Source: an uncultured Verrucomicrobiota bacterium
Lineage (GTDB): Bacteria; Verrucomicrobiota; Verrucomicrobiia; Limisphaerales; CAIYYI01
NCBI GenBank assembly: GCA_903930345.1
Contig: CAIYYI010000683.1
Span: 1-22,798 of the forward strand
Reading direction: 5' to 3'
DNA length: 22,798 bases
The notes below the pieces were generated by a model, which saw nothing but the letters and a program-made list of their open reading frames with translations, was not told where the DNA came from and made no database searches. Below, piece by piece: positions 1 to 8,794 of this stretch. Made by a program: the position numbers and the translations under genes. Numbering within the stretch: the first letter of the stretch is position 1; each line of letters begins with the position of its first letter.

Positions 1-479
1 CCAATCCCTTCCTGCATCACCGTGAAAAAACCTTCCAGCCCATTGATCTCTGGGAGTGGCTGCTGCAATCCGCCGTGTTCCTCTTCCTGCTGGACATTGC
101 GGTGCGGCGCATCCATGTGGACCGTGAGGAATGGCTCAAGGCCACGGAAAACCTGCGGCGGTTGGTCTGTTTTTGGAAGCGGCCCGCCCCGCCGGTGGCC
201 TCGGATGAATCGTTGGCCAGCCTCCTGACCCGCCGGGATGAGGTCCGTTCCCGGCAATCCTCCGTCCCCCAGGTGGCACCCCGCGCGGAACTCTTCCGCC
301 CGGCCAGTGCCCCGGTGGCTCCGTTGCCCGGCACCGAGCCGCCCCCGGATTCCGTCAAGCCCGCTGTCCCGGTCGCCCCGGCCGAGAACGCCCCGGCCAA
401 GGGGCCGGAATCCAGTGCCAGCCGCCTGCTGGAGGCCAAGCGCCGTGCCCTCAGGAACAAGCAGTCAGGGGGCAATTGA
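1..479 (+). CDS. 3' end of a gene continuing upstream of the window; hypothetical membrane-associated protein with a Pro/Ala-rich C-terminal tail
   Basis: Frame 3 is open from the window edge to TGA at 477-479 (..NPFLHHREKTFQPIDLWEWLLQSAVFLFLLDIAVRRIHVD.., then a low-complexity PAPPVAS..PVAPLPGTEPPPDS tail). The hydrophobic stretch looks like a TM helix. No family recognised. Confidence 0.5.
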   Translation, partial: NPFLHHREKTFQPIDLWEWLLQSAVFLFLLDIAVRRIHVDREEWLKATENLRRLVCFWKRPAPPVASDESLASLLTRRDEVRSRQSSVPQVAPRAELFRPASAPVAPLPGTEPPPDSVKPAVPVAPAENAPAKGPESSASRLLEAKRRALRNKQSGGN

Positions 480-483
480 TGGT

Positions 484-948
484 TCAGATACCGCCGCCGT
501 CGGTGAATTCTCCCGCGAAGACCTCATACCCGGCCACCGGTGCCCCGGTGGCCACGCTGGCGAGGGTGGCGTGATCCATCAGGCCGGCCACGGAATTGCG
601 GGCCATGAGGAAGATGCGCCGGAACCGGCAGACCGATTCCTGGCTGCACCGCTCATAGCCATGCACGGAAACACATCCGATCGGGGCCAGAATGCCGTCA
701 AACATCCTGACCACCTCGCCCATGGTGATTTTCTCCGGCGGCTTGGCCAGAAAGTAACCGCCGCGCGCTCCCGCCGCGCTATTCACAAAGCCCTTGGCCT
801 TCAAGGCGAGCATGATCTGCTCCAGGAAGCGCTTGGGGGCGTCGTTGCGCCGCGCCAGCTCGCGGATGGGTATGGGCTGCCCCCCATAATGCTCCACCAG
901 CGTAAACATCGCCCGCAGCGCGTAATCGGTCTTCTTCGAAATCTTCAC
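484..948 (-). CDS. Rrf2-family (IscR/NsrR-like) transcriptional regulator
   Basis: N-terminal wHTH signature ..KISKKTDYALRAMFTLVEH.. is typical of Rrf2 proteins. Three Cys with CX8CX5C spacing (CVSVHGYERCSQESVC) could ligate an Fe-S cluster. Start chosen as GTG at 946-948 (VKISKK..), because Rrf2 proteins begin just before the YALRA motif; the ORF remains open to GTG at 994-996. Stop TGA at 484-486. Confidence 0.8.
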   Translation of the reverse strand: MKISKKTDYALRAMFTLVEHYGGQPIPIRELARRNDAPKRFLEQIMLALKAKGFVNSAAGARGGYFLAKPPEKITMGEVVRMFDGILAPIGCVSVHGYERCSQESVCRFRRIFLMARNSVAGLMDHATLASVATGAPVAGYEVFAGEFTDGGGI

Positions 949-1014
949 GTTGAATGACGATAGGGGTGGTCGTTGATTAGTCAATCGCAAACCCACTGAA
1001 GCTGGGTTTGCGGC

Positions 1015-2430
1015 CTATCGGCCAGTCTTTCGCCGTTGCTCCAGCACAACCAGACGCTGGGTGCTGTACCGGAGCAGGTTGGTATCCGAGATCAGTTTGA
1101 GCTGGTGGATGGCGTCACTAAACGCCTTTTGCTGCTCATAGACGAAGCTCAGGGAATAACGGGCACTGTCCGCCCGGCGCGGGTCGGTGGCGTATTCCAC
1201 CTGCAGTTGGTAGTTTCGGATGAGCTGGTTGGTGGCTTCTGCCCGTTGAAAAGTCTGGCTGGTGGTCAGCAGATACTGCTCGGCGTTCAGGTGGGGTTTG
1301 TCCGGGGGGTCCGCCCGGCTGAGGTTTGGCAGCAGGTAGATTTCCGCAATGAGCGACGCCACCCAGGAGTTCTCGGCGGAATCGTTGGCGTGGCGGCACG
1401 CTTCCGCCGCCAGCGCCAGGCCGGCCCGCTGCTTGGCGGGATCCGGTTGCTCCAACAGTCGGTCAGCTACCCAGAGCACTTGGCCGATCTGCAGGTAGAT
1501 CGCTCCATACGTCGGGGCCTCGGCAATCTTTTTGCGCACCTCGCGCAGGAAGAACAGGGTTTGGGAGGCTGCCTCCTGCTCCTTCAGGTTAAGCTCCCGC
1601 ACTTTGGCGGGCAGTTCCCGGATTCGCCGGGCCTCATATTCAGCGCGCAACCGGGTGAGTTCTTTTTGCTGCTCCGCCAACCGGGTCTGGCAGGCGGCCT
1701 CCGCCTTTTGCTTCTCCAGCCAGGCCAGCCGTTTTTCGCGGGCGGTGGTGCGGAGGGCGGCCAGGTTGGTTTGCAGGTTGAACACGTTTGTCTCCGCGAG
1801 CGCCTGCGCCATCCGGCTGGTTTTGAGGCCGTTCTCACGGGTGGCCAGCTCCTCGCGTTTGAGGGCGGCCATTCGGGCCAGCTTCTGGTTGGGGGCGTTG
1901 GTCAGCCGCTGGGCTTCCTCTGTCGCCGTGGCCGCTTGCCTGGACAGGTCGAGCACGTTGGTCTCCCGCGTGAGGACGTTGGTCTGGGCCAGCCGCAGCT
2001 CCGTGAGGCGGTTGGTCAGCCGGCGCTCCTTTTCGGCCAGGTCGCTTTCCAGGGCTGTCACCGCCACCCGCAGGCTGCGGGTTTCCTCGCGCAGGGTCAG
2101 GCTTTCCTTGCGCCGCCCGGTCAGATCCAGGGCGAGCTGGGCCAGGTTGGTCTCCATCAGCCACAGGTTGGTGCGAAACTGTGTGATCGCCGCCTGCCGG
2201 TTGCTGACGGTTTGCTGGATGTTGAAATCAAAGGGCACCTCCAGGCTGCGCCGTCCGGCCTCCTTTTTGAGGTAATGCCGGAGGGAGAACTTTTTCCACG
2301 TCTCGCTGGCTTGCAGCTTTTGCCAGCCCCACCACCCGCCCACGGCCAGCAGTCCGATGGCGCACGCAATGATGAGCACCCATCGCAGCAGCGAGGCGGT
2401 CACCGGCTGGCTCAGGGGGGTGGCTTTCAT
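1015..2430 (-). CDS. Membrane-anchored coiled-coil protein with Thr-Asn heptad motifs and a C-terminal helical (TPR/Sel1-like?) domain; paralog A
   Basis: ATG start (MKATPLSQ..). One N-terminal TM helix (LLRWVLIIACAIGLLAVGGWWGW), then about 250 aa that are R/E/Q/L-rich and coiled-coil-like with recurring xTN[VL] motifs. The C-terminal ~150 aa (..ENSWVASLIAEIYLLPNLSRADPP..NYQLQVEYATDPRRADSARYSL..) clearly aligns with the C-terminus of the next gene. Confidence 0.7.
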   Translation of the reverse strand: MKATPLSQPVTASLLRWVLIIACAIGLLAVGGWWGWQKLQASETWKKFSLRHYLKKEAGRRSLEVPFDFNIQQTVSNRQAAITQFRTNLWLMETNLAQLALDLTGRRKESLTLREETRSLRVAVTALESDLAEKERRLTNRLTELRLAQTNVLTRETNVLDLSRQAATATEEAQRLTNAPNQKLARMAALKREELATRENGLKTSRMAQALAETNVFNLQTNLAALRTTAREKRLAWLEKQKAEAACQTRLAEQQKELTRLRAEYEARRIRELPAKVRELNLKEQEAASQTLFFLREVRKKIAEAPTYGAIYLQIGQVLWVADRLLEQPDPAKQRAGLALAAEACRHANDSAENSWVASLIAEIYLLPNLSRADPPDKPHLNAEQYLLTTSQTFQRAEATNQLIRNYQLQVEYATDPRRADSARYSLSFVYEQQKAFSDAIHQLKLISDTNLLRYSTQRLVVLEQRRKTGR

Positions 2431-2452
2431 CGGGCGAACAAACAGGTTCCGG

Positions 2453-3682
2453 TCATTTCTGCTGGGCCTTGATGCGCTGCTCCAGGTACGGCACCATGCG
2501 GTTCAGGGCCTTGGTGTAGTTGTTGGTGTTCTTGATGTCCTTCAGGTACCCCAGCGCCTCGCTGTAGTTGCCCGCCTGGTCGTGGGTCACCGCCAGTTGG
2601 TAGCGCGCCCAGTCTGTCCGGTTGGGGTTGGTGGCCTTCGTCAGCAGCAGCTCGTAGTTGCTGATCACCTTGTCCATTTCCTCAGCCTGGCGGAACACGT
2701 TGGCCGTTTCCATCAGCAGGTTCTCCACCGAGAGCGTTCCGCGCCAGTTCGGGTCATCTGCGACATCCAGGTTGGGCCAGATGTAGCCCTCGCAGATGCG
2801 CGCCGCGAGCCAGAAATTCTCCGTGGCGCCCAGGGCGTTGTTGCAGGCCTGGCGGGCGGCGGTGAGGGCCACGCGCCGATGCACCGGATTGGCGCTGCCG
2901 GAAAGCCGCCTGGAGACATACAGTTGCTGGCCGATCAGCTCGTACATGGACCGGTAGGTGGTGGCGGTATCCAGCTTCGATTTGATCGTTTTGGCCAGGG
3001 TGTCATGGGCCACAACGACCTCGTTGGTGGCCGCACTTTGCACGGCGGCCTGTTGGGCCGTCCAGGTGCGGCTGTACACCCCCAGGTCGAGCATTATCGG
3101 TCCCAGTTGGTTGGTTTTGGCGGCGATGGATTGGATGCTTTGCGGGATCTGGTTGGTCAGCGCGCTGATGCTCGCCTTGAGGACCGTCACGTTGGTCTGC
3201 AGCGTCAGGACCGCCGGGTCGGTGGCGTTGGTGCCGACAGAGGTCAGTTGCCTTTCCTGGGCCGCCAGTTGTTTGCGTTTGGCGGCCAGGTCCTGGTACA
3301 GCTCCGTGAGGGAGCGGCGCAGGTGGGTGATTTCCCGTTGCAGGTCATCGGCATCCTTGCGCAGGATTTTGTACTCCTTCTTGGTCAGCAGGTTGGTGGC
3401 CACCACATCGGCGGGCACCTGGTTGGTGTTCCCGGCCGCCATTTCCCGGTCCGAGGGGAACTTGAATTCCACGGTGAAGCTGCCTTTGCCGGTCTGCTTT
3501 TTCAGGTAGCTGTTCACCTGCCACCGGGCGTACCAGGGCTGTTCGGACCCGATGTAATGGAACCAGGCAGCCCCGGCCCCGAGCAAGACCACCGCCGCCA
3601 GAAACAGGGCGATGGCCAGTTTGTTCGACTTGGGCGGCGCGGCGGGCGTCCGTCGCTGGTTCGTGCTTGCGCTTTGATTCAT
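2453..3682 (-). CDS. Membrane-anchored coiled-coil protein with Thr-Asn motifs; paralog B of 1015-2430
   Basis: Same architecture: TM helix LAIALFLAAVVLLGAGAAWF, a TN-rich coiled-coil region, and a C-terminal domain ..ENFWLAARICEGYIWPNLDVADDP..NYELLLTKATNPNRTDWARYQL.. homologous to paralog A. Shared blocks include SYLKKQTGKGSFTVEFKF vs HYLKKEAGRRSLEVPFDF and YELIGQQLYVSRRL vs YLQIGQVLWVADRL. ATG at 3680-3682 preferred (MNQSASTNQ..); the frame stays open to GTG at 3743-3745. Confidence 0.7.
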   Translation of the reverse strand: MNQSASTNQRRTPAAPPKSNKLAIALFLAAVVLLGAGAAWFHYIGSEQPWYARWQVNSYLKKQTGKGSFTVEFKFPSDREMAAGNTNQVPADVVATNLLTKKEYKILRKDADDLQREITHLRRSLTELYQDLAAKRKQLAAQERQLTSVGTNATDPAVLTLQTNVTVLKASISALTNQIPQSIQSIAAKTNQLGPIMLDLGVYSRTWTAQQAAVQSAATNEVVVAHDTLAKTIKSKLDTATTYRSMYELIGQQLYVSRRLSGSANPVHRRVALTAARQACNNALGATENFWLAARICEGYIWPNLDVADDPNWRGTLSVENLLMETANVFRQAEEMDKVISNYELLLTKATNPNRTDWARYQLAVTHDQAGNYSEALGYLKDIKNTNNYTKALNRMVPYLEQRIKAQQK

Positions 3683-3979
3683 AACAATTTCTGACGGAAA
3701 ACGGTTGTGCCGGGCGGGGCGTGCATCAATGAGTGCCTGGTTCACCGAACGCCCCAGCCAGTGACTTATTCAGTTTGACGGAAACCATCCCCCGCACATT
3801 CAGATAATATCTTCCTGTGGTGGCCCCCAAAGGTTGGGTGAATTTCTATCGCCAGGATGATTACTGCGCCACCGCGTATTTTCACCTGGATAGCCCGACG
3901 CATGACCTGCCGCCCTTGCCGCCAGTGGCGGAGCGGACCGCCGGTCTCAAGTAGAACGGTGACCGGCAAATCGCCTGTC

Positions 3980-5425
3980 TCAACCCCGCTGCCCCATCTG
4001 CGTCAGCTTTGCCGTGCCTTCGCTCCATCCCACTGCGTGCGGCGGGCGCCCGCTCTTCGCCGCCAGGGCCGCCACCACCCCGGCGGCCTCGCCCATGGCC
4101 ACGGCGTTGCCGGTCACGCGGTAGCTCGCGTGGGAGATGAAATCCCCGCTGATGCAGCGCCCGGCCATCAGGAGGCCGTCTACTCCTTTGGCGATCAGGG
4201 CGCGCAGCGGGATGTCGTAAGGCCTCATTTTAAGGTCGCCGTGCGAAATGGTTTCAACGTCGTTCCTGGTCCGGCTGTCCGCATGGATGTCCACCCCGAA
4301 CGTCACGCGGGCGACGGCATCGGCGTGGCGCGCGCCGGTAATGAGATCCTGCCGACCCATCGTGTACCGCCCGTGGATGCGGCGGCCGTCGCGGATGCCG
4401 ATCTGCTCGGCGGTGGCCGCGATTTGCACGCCTTCCCACCTGCCGCCGAGCTGCCGCAGAGCACGCATCACGCGGAACACCTCCGCGCGGGCGCGCACGG
4501 TGGCCTCGGTGATGGCGGCGGCGTCCCACGGCTTGATGCCGTACTCGTGGTTCAGCATCAGCATCACGAGATTCTCCCGCACCGGGAAGAGGGTGGGGTG
4601 GCCGTACGAGGTCTCCACGCCCGCCCGCTTCAGCTCCCGCTTGAAGGCCTCCACACAGGTGAGGTGGCCGCCCGGGCCGGTGAACGCGTCGGTTCCGTTG
4701 AAAGATGTGAACTCCGCGAGCGCCTTGGCGTCCCGTACCACGGCGAGTGCGTTCATTGTCAGTGGCTGGCAGGGGCAGTCCTTGGCTTGGCCCACGTCCC
4801 AGCCGCAGCCGGCCTGCGCGCCCAGGTCCCCATCGCCTGTGGCATCGATGAACACCGGGGCCGACCACGCCTCCCGGCCTGCCTTCGACTCCGTCACAAT
4901 CGTGCTCAGGCGGCTTCCCTCGCGGAACGCCGCCGCAACGCGGGTGTGCAGTTGGAATTTAACGCCGGCCGCCGCGCACATCTCCTCCACCAGCACCTTC
5001 ATCTCCTCCGGCTCATAGACAAAGCGATCCGGGTTCTGGCTGCGGCGCGCGGCCCGCTCATCCAGCCTCCGTGTGATCTCCCGCGCCAGGCCGGGCTTGT
5101 TAAAATCAAAGATGTAGGTGAGCAGCCCCGCCGTCCACACCCCGCCGAGGCAGCCATGCACCTCGAACAGTCGTGTGCGCGCGCCCGCCCGCGCCGCCGT
5201 GATGGCCGCCGCGATCCCCGCCGGGCCCGCGCCGCAGACAATGACATCGGCGTCGTTCACCAGCGGCAGCGTCCTTGCCGGTTCCGCAAAGGATTTGCCC
5301 CCGGGGACACCGGTCAGCAATGCCTCTGCTGCCCGTCCGGTCGGGGGGCCGGCTACGGCGCCCAGCGCGGCAGCCTGCAGAAAATGGCGGCGGGTCAGGG
5401 AGGCATGTAGCGTGGCCGCCTTCAT
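3980..5425 (-). CDS. FAD-dependent oxidoreductase (PF12831-like) with twin-arginine (Tat) signal peptide
   Basis: N-terminus MKAATLHASLTRRHFLQAAALGAVAG is a Tat motif (RRxFLQ). The dinucleotide-binding fold DVIVCGAGPAGIAAAITAARAGARTRLFE has GxGxxG followed by an acidic residue. Size and architecture match the FAD_oxidored family that commonly neighbours sulfatases and glycoside hydrolases. ATG at 5423-5425 chosen over the upstream in-frame start because it begins the signal peptide. Confidence 0.75.
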   Translation of the reverse strand: MKAATLHASLTRRHFLQAAALGAVAGPPTGRAAEALLTGVPGGKSFAEPARTLPLVNDADVIVCGAGPAGIAAAITAARAGARTRLFEVHGCLGGVWTAGLLTYIFDFNKPGLAREITRRLDERAARRSQNPDRFVYEPEEMKVLVEEMCAAAGVKFQLHTRVAAAFREGSRLSTIVTESKAGREAWSAPVFIDATGDGDLGAQAGCGWDVGQAKDCPCQPLTMNALAVVRDAKALAEFTSFNGTDAFTGPGGHLTCVEAFKRELKRAGVETSYGHPTLFPVRENLVMLMLNHEYGIKPWDAAAITEATVRARAEVFRVMRALRQLGGRWEGVQIAATAEQIGIRDGRRIHGRYTMGRQDLITGARHADAVARVTFGVDIHADSRTRNDVETISHGDLKMRPYDIPLRALIAKGVDGLLMAGRCISGDFISHASYRVTGNAVAMGEAAGVVAALAAKSGRPPHAVGWSEGTAKLTQMGQRG

Positions 5426-5622
5426 GCAGGGTGTTTCGTTGTTGCCATGGGTGGGAGCATTCCACATTTCCGGCCTCCCGTCACCCTCCAATAAAATCCC
5501 CCCCGGGGCGGTTCCTCCACCTTCCGGCGGGTATCAGGATGAACAATTCACTTTGCCGGTTCCGGGCAGCGATTCAGCGTGGGAGCGCAGCCCTTGAAAC
5601 TTGATAAAGTTACCTGCGCGGA

Positions 5623-6963
5623 TTAATCCTGCCATGGAACCGCCCCGCCGCGCTGGATGTGGTGGCGGAGGCGTTCGCTTAGCTGCCGGGCCACCGCCCG
5701 TTCCGATGGGAACAGGTTGTTGGTTTCGCCGGGATCGGTCCGCAGGTTGAACAATTCCAAGGGGGCAAAGGGGCTGTCCTGAACCAGTTTCCAATCCCCG
5801 CTGCGCAAGGCCTCAATCGTCTTGCCGCCATACTCGGCACCCCCCTCACGCCGGACGAAGTAATACTCGCGCTCCAGCGCGGGCACCTGCTCACTGCGCA
5901 GCACGGGTAGGAAGCTGCGACCGTCAATGCCGGATGGTATGGGGAGTCCGGCGGCTTCCAGAAAGGTGGGGAAAATGTCCATGCTCAGGGCGGTGCGGGC
6001 CGTCTGGCTGCCAGCCGTGATATGCCCGGGCCACCGCACCGCGCAGGGGACGCGCAGACCTCCCTCGTACAGGTGCTGTTTGCCTGACCGCCAGGGGCCG
6101 TTGTTGGCGCCCAGGGCCAGCACGCCGCCGTTGTCCGAGGTGTAAAGGATCAGGGTGTTCTGCTCCAGGCCGCGTTCCTTCAACGTGGCCAGCACCCGGC
6201 CAATGCCGGCATCCAGATGCTCGATCAGCGCCACCAGCTTGGCCCGCTTGGGGCTCAAGCCAGGTTCGCGCTTGCGCACTTTTTCCAGCCACTCGGGTGG
6301 TGGTTGGATGGGGTCGTGCGGGGCGTTGAAGGCCAGGTAGAGGAAAAAGGGCTGCGCTGGGGTTTGGGTGGCCAGCCACTCGCTCGCCCAATCCGCAAAC
6401 AGATCCGTGGCATGCCCGGTGGGGTTGATGTCCTCATCGTTATGGCGCAGGTAATTGGTGTCGTGGCGCAGGTGCGTGTAATAGTCGTCCATCATGTCGC
6501 CCAGAAAACCGTGGAAGTGGTCGAATCCCCGTTCGCGGGGAAGATTCGGGGAGGCCAGGCCCAGATGCCATTTACCCACCAGGGCGGTCCGGTATCCGGC
6601 CTGCTTGAGGTATTGGGGGAGCAGTCGGGCGCGGGGATCCAGATGCCCCCAGGAATTGGAGCCGTGCGACCGGATCACGCCGGGCACCCCCACCCGGTCG
6701 GGATGGCACCCGGTCAGCAGCGCGGCGCGGGTGGGGGAGCAGACGCAGCTGTTGGCGTAGAAGTTGTCAAACGTCATGCCCTCCTGAAACAATCGGTCCA
6801 GGCTGGGGGTCTGGAGGTCGCGGGTGCCATAGGCGCTGTAATCCCCGCGCCCTTGGTCGTCGGTCACAATCAGGAGCAGGTTGGGCGGGGTGGGTGCTCC
6901 CTTGACCGCCATGGTGGCGGCCAGCAAAAGGGCTGCCCAGGCGAAGTGGCGGATTGCTTTCAT
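5623..6963 (-). CDS. Arylsulfatase (type I sulfatase, formylglycine-dependent), secreted
   Basis: Signal peptide MKAIRHFAWAALLLAATMAVKG. Sulfatase signature ..LLLIVTDDQGRGD.. and the CxPxR active-site motif inside SCVCSPTRAALLTG (formylglycine Cys). Downstream GKWHLG and other conserved sulfatase blocks are present. 446 aa. Confidence 0.9.
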   Translation of the reverse strand: MKAIRHFAWAALLLAATMAVKGAPTPPNLLLIVTDDQGRGDYSAYGTRDLQTPSLDRLFQEGMTFDNFYANSCVCSPTRAALLTGCHPDRVGVPGVIRSHGSNSWGHLDPRARLLPQYLKQAGYRTALVGKWHLGLASPNLPRERGFDHFHGFLGDMMDDYYTHLRHDTNYLRHNDEDINPTGHATDLFADWASEWLATQTPAQPFFLYLAFNAPHDPIQPPPEWLEKVRKREPGLSPKRAKLVALIEHLDAGIGRVLATLKERGLEQNTLILYTSDNGGVLALGANNGPWRSGKQHLYEGGLRVPCAVRWPGHITAGSQTARTALSMDIFPTFLEAAGLPIPSGIDGRSFLPVLRSEQVPALEREYYFVRREGGAEYGGKTIEALRSGDWKLVQDSPFAPLELFNLRTDPGETNNLFPSERAVARQLSERLRHHIQRGGAVPWQD

Positions 6964-7760
6964 AGGGGTTTGCCAGGGTCATCGTAGCCGCGCAGGCGAC
7001 GGACCCAGATGTTGCGGTAGCGGACGGGGTTGTTGTGGTTTTGCAGGCTAAGGGTGGATTCCACAGTGGCCCCGGGCACCTCCACCGCGTGGTGGACGAG
7101 CAGTCCGTTGTGCAAGACGGTGTAGGTTGCCGGTTTGGTGATCTTGCCTGTGGCGTCCAGCCGGGGTGCATAGTAGATGATGTCGTAGGTCTGCCATTCG
7201 CCCGGCTTGCGGGAGGCGTTGACCAGCGGCGGGTACTGGCCATAAAGCGCGGAGGCCTGCCCGTCCGGATAAGTGTCGTTCTCGAAGGAGTCCAGCACCT
7301 GGATTTCCGGATGTCCGGATAGAATGACCCCGCTGTTGCCACGGCCCTGGCTTTTGCCGGTCACCACGGAGGGCGTCGCCCATTCAAGGTGGATCTGGCA
7401 GTCGGCGAATTTCTCCTTGGAAACAATGCCACCACCCTCCGGGGTGACTTCCATGTAGCCATTCTCGATTTTCCAGAGCGGGGTGGTGGAAGGGAGGGCA
7501 TTGGTGCCTCGACCAGTGCGGGTCCACTGGGAAAGATCATGGCCGTTAAAAAGCACAATGGCATCTGAGGGGGCGGTGGCCGGGCCGGGTGGCGTCACGT
7601 CGGCCGGATGGGGGCGGGATTCGTCGCCCGCTCTCCACCTGCCCCCGGGGGTGAATGGCTTTTCCTTTTTTGGTGCTGCCGCAGGGGTGGCTGCGGAGGC
7701 TGGCACCGATAGCAGGATGCAGGTTGAAAAGGCGAGTAAAACGGTCCGTGTTATGCGCAT
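6960..7760 (-). CDS. DUF1080 (3-keto-disaccharide hydrolase-like, concanavalin-type) secreted protein
   Basis: Signal peptide MRITRTVLLAFSTCILLSVPASA. Blocks LFNGHDLSQWT.., ..NSGVILSGHPEIQVLDS.., ..EWQTYDIIY.., ..LHNGLLVHH.. and a C-terminal ..LQNHNNPVRYRNIWVRRL are characteristic of PF06439. Its stop at 6960-6962 overlaps the sulfatase start at 6961-6963 by 4 bp, which suggests translational coupling. Confidence 0.7.
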   Translation of the reverse strand: MRITRTVLLAFSTCILLSVPASAATPAAAPKKEKPFTPGGRWRAGDESRPHPADVTPPGPATAPSDAIVLFNGHDLSQWTRTGRGTNALPSTTPLWKIENGYMEVTPEGGGIVSKEKFADCQIHLEWATPSVVTGKSQGRGNSGVILSGHPEIQVLDSFENDTYPDGQASALYGQYPPLVNASRKPGEWQTYDIIYYAPRLDATGKITKPATYTVLHNGLLVHHAVEVPGATVESTLSLQNHNNPVRYRNIWVRRLRGYDDPGKPL

Positions 7761-7817
7761 AGGATTGAGTTCTCAGCATAAACCGGCTCTGGGCTGGCTG
7801 GCAACCATAACCCGCGT

Positions 7818-8771
7818 TCAGACGGCCGGGCTAATGACCTTGCTTTCCAGTAAATCGCTCAGGATTCCGCAGGCGGTGATTTCATCGCCGCCATAATTAT
7901 CGATGATCGCCTGCAGGACGGCGTGCTTGCGTACCAGGTCCAATATCTGCAACTCGGTCGGCTGGTCCGACCGGGGCTGGGTGGTGGCCTGCGGGGTAAC
8001 TTTCAGACGGGCTTGTAAATCAGGCAGCCGGGCTTCCAGGCTGGTGATCACATCGTCGTAATGAGCAGCGTCCAGCAGTAGGAAATCCAGCGCGCAATCC
8101 AGGCTGCCATCAGCGACGAATGGCTCTGGCTTGGTGAAAGCAAAAGTGCCGGTTTTCCAGCGCAGCAGCCGTAGCCAGGTGCGTTTGGCGGTTAGCGACG
8201 GACCGGGGGTTAGCGTTACGTGCGCCACTTGGCCGCCTTGCAGGTGGATGCTGCCTTGCTGGTGCTTGCGCTGGACTTTCAAAACCCCGTCGCTGTTGGC
8301 GTGCGAAAGTAGTTGGACTACGCTCCCCATGGGCACTTCCGTGAGGGAGCCGGACATGGAGTTGGCGAGCTCTCGAGCTGTGCTGGCGCCTGATGCTGCC
8401 GCCGGCTCAGTGGCTGCCGGTTGGAAGGCGGCACTGAAGCGGGTGATCCGGATCAGCATGAATGAATGCCTGCCAATGCGGACCCGGTCGCCTTCTTTCA
8501 TCAACACGCTTATGACCTTCTTGCGATTGAAGGAAAGTGTTGGGGTGCGGCCCAGATCGTTAACCAGCGCGCACTGGTCATTTTGGCTCACAGAAGCCAG
8601 CGGGATTTGAGGGTTGGGTTCATTGATGAGGATGTCTCCGGTATCCGGAGCGGCTCCCGGCTCGGACGGAGCCTGGCTGATGATGAGCGAACCTTCCGCA
8701 GGCAGCGGAAAATCCCGCCCTTGGTTTTGCCCAGTTAGAAAGTGCAAGGCCAGCATCATTGTCTTCCCCAT
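7818..8771 (-). CDS. Signalling adaptor: divergent FHA-like N-terminal domain plus DUF4388 domain
   Basis: The N-terminal region (..LHFLTGQNQGRDFPLPAEGSLIIS..DILINEPNP..NDLGRTPTLSFNRKKVISVLMKEGDRVRIGRHSFML) follows the FHA beta-sandwich pattern, with ..L.dGD.i.iG...f at the end, but the phospho-Thr-binding residues are changed. The central block GSLTEVPMGSVVQLLSHANSDGVLKVQRKHQQGSIHLQGGQVAHV..WLRLLRWKTGTFAFTKPEP is a classic DUF4388 (PF14332) signature. Start placed at ATG 8769-8771 (MGKTMML..); the longer ORF to 8885 would overlap the upstream gene by 90 bp. Confidence 0.65.
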   Translation of the reverse strand: MGKTMMLALHFLTGQNQGRDFPLPAEGSLIISQAPSEPGAAPDTGDILINEPNPQIPLASVSQNDQCALVNDLGRTPTLSFNRKKVISVLMKEGDRVRIGRHSFMLIRITRFSAAFQPAATEPAAASGASTARELANSMSGSLTEVPMGSVVQLLSHANSDGVLKVQRKHQQGSIHLQGGQVAHVTLTPGPSLTAKRTWLRLLRWKTGTFAFTKPEPFVADGSLDCALDFLLLDAAHYDDVITSLEARLPDLQARLKVTPQATTQPRSDQPTELQILDLVRKHAVLQAIIDNYGGDEITACGILSDLLESKVISPAV

Positions 8772-8794
8772 CTTGCCTGTGGCATGGCGGGTAT

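Noticed and set aside
1036-2472. 478-aa plus-strand ORF
   Set aside because: Antisense to the coiled-coil paralog A gene. Its translation is Gly/Leu/Gln/Pro-rich low-complexity with no recognisable motifs. Such long antisense ORFs are typical in high-GC DNA.
2357-3694. 445-aa plus-strand ORF
   Set aside because: Antisense to the coiled-coil paralog B gene, which is supported by its homology to paralog A. No domain signatures.
3766-3969. 67-aa minus-strand ORF in the intergenic region upstream of the coiled-coil operon
   Set aside because: Short, no motifs, and it lies in a probable promoter region; likely spurious.
3857-5410. 517-aa plus-strand ORF, and 4254-4868 minus-frame ORF
   Set aside because: They overlap the FAD-dependent oxidoreductase gene, which has a clear Tat signal and GxGxxG fold. 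The translations are Arg/Gly/Pro-rich junk.
5560-5622. Possible terminator hairpin after the sulfatase gene (GCGCAG..CTGCGC on the minus strand)
   Set aside because: Only a 6-bp stem with a ~23-nt loop and no adjacent T-run; not convincing.
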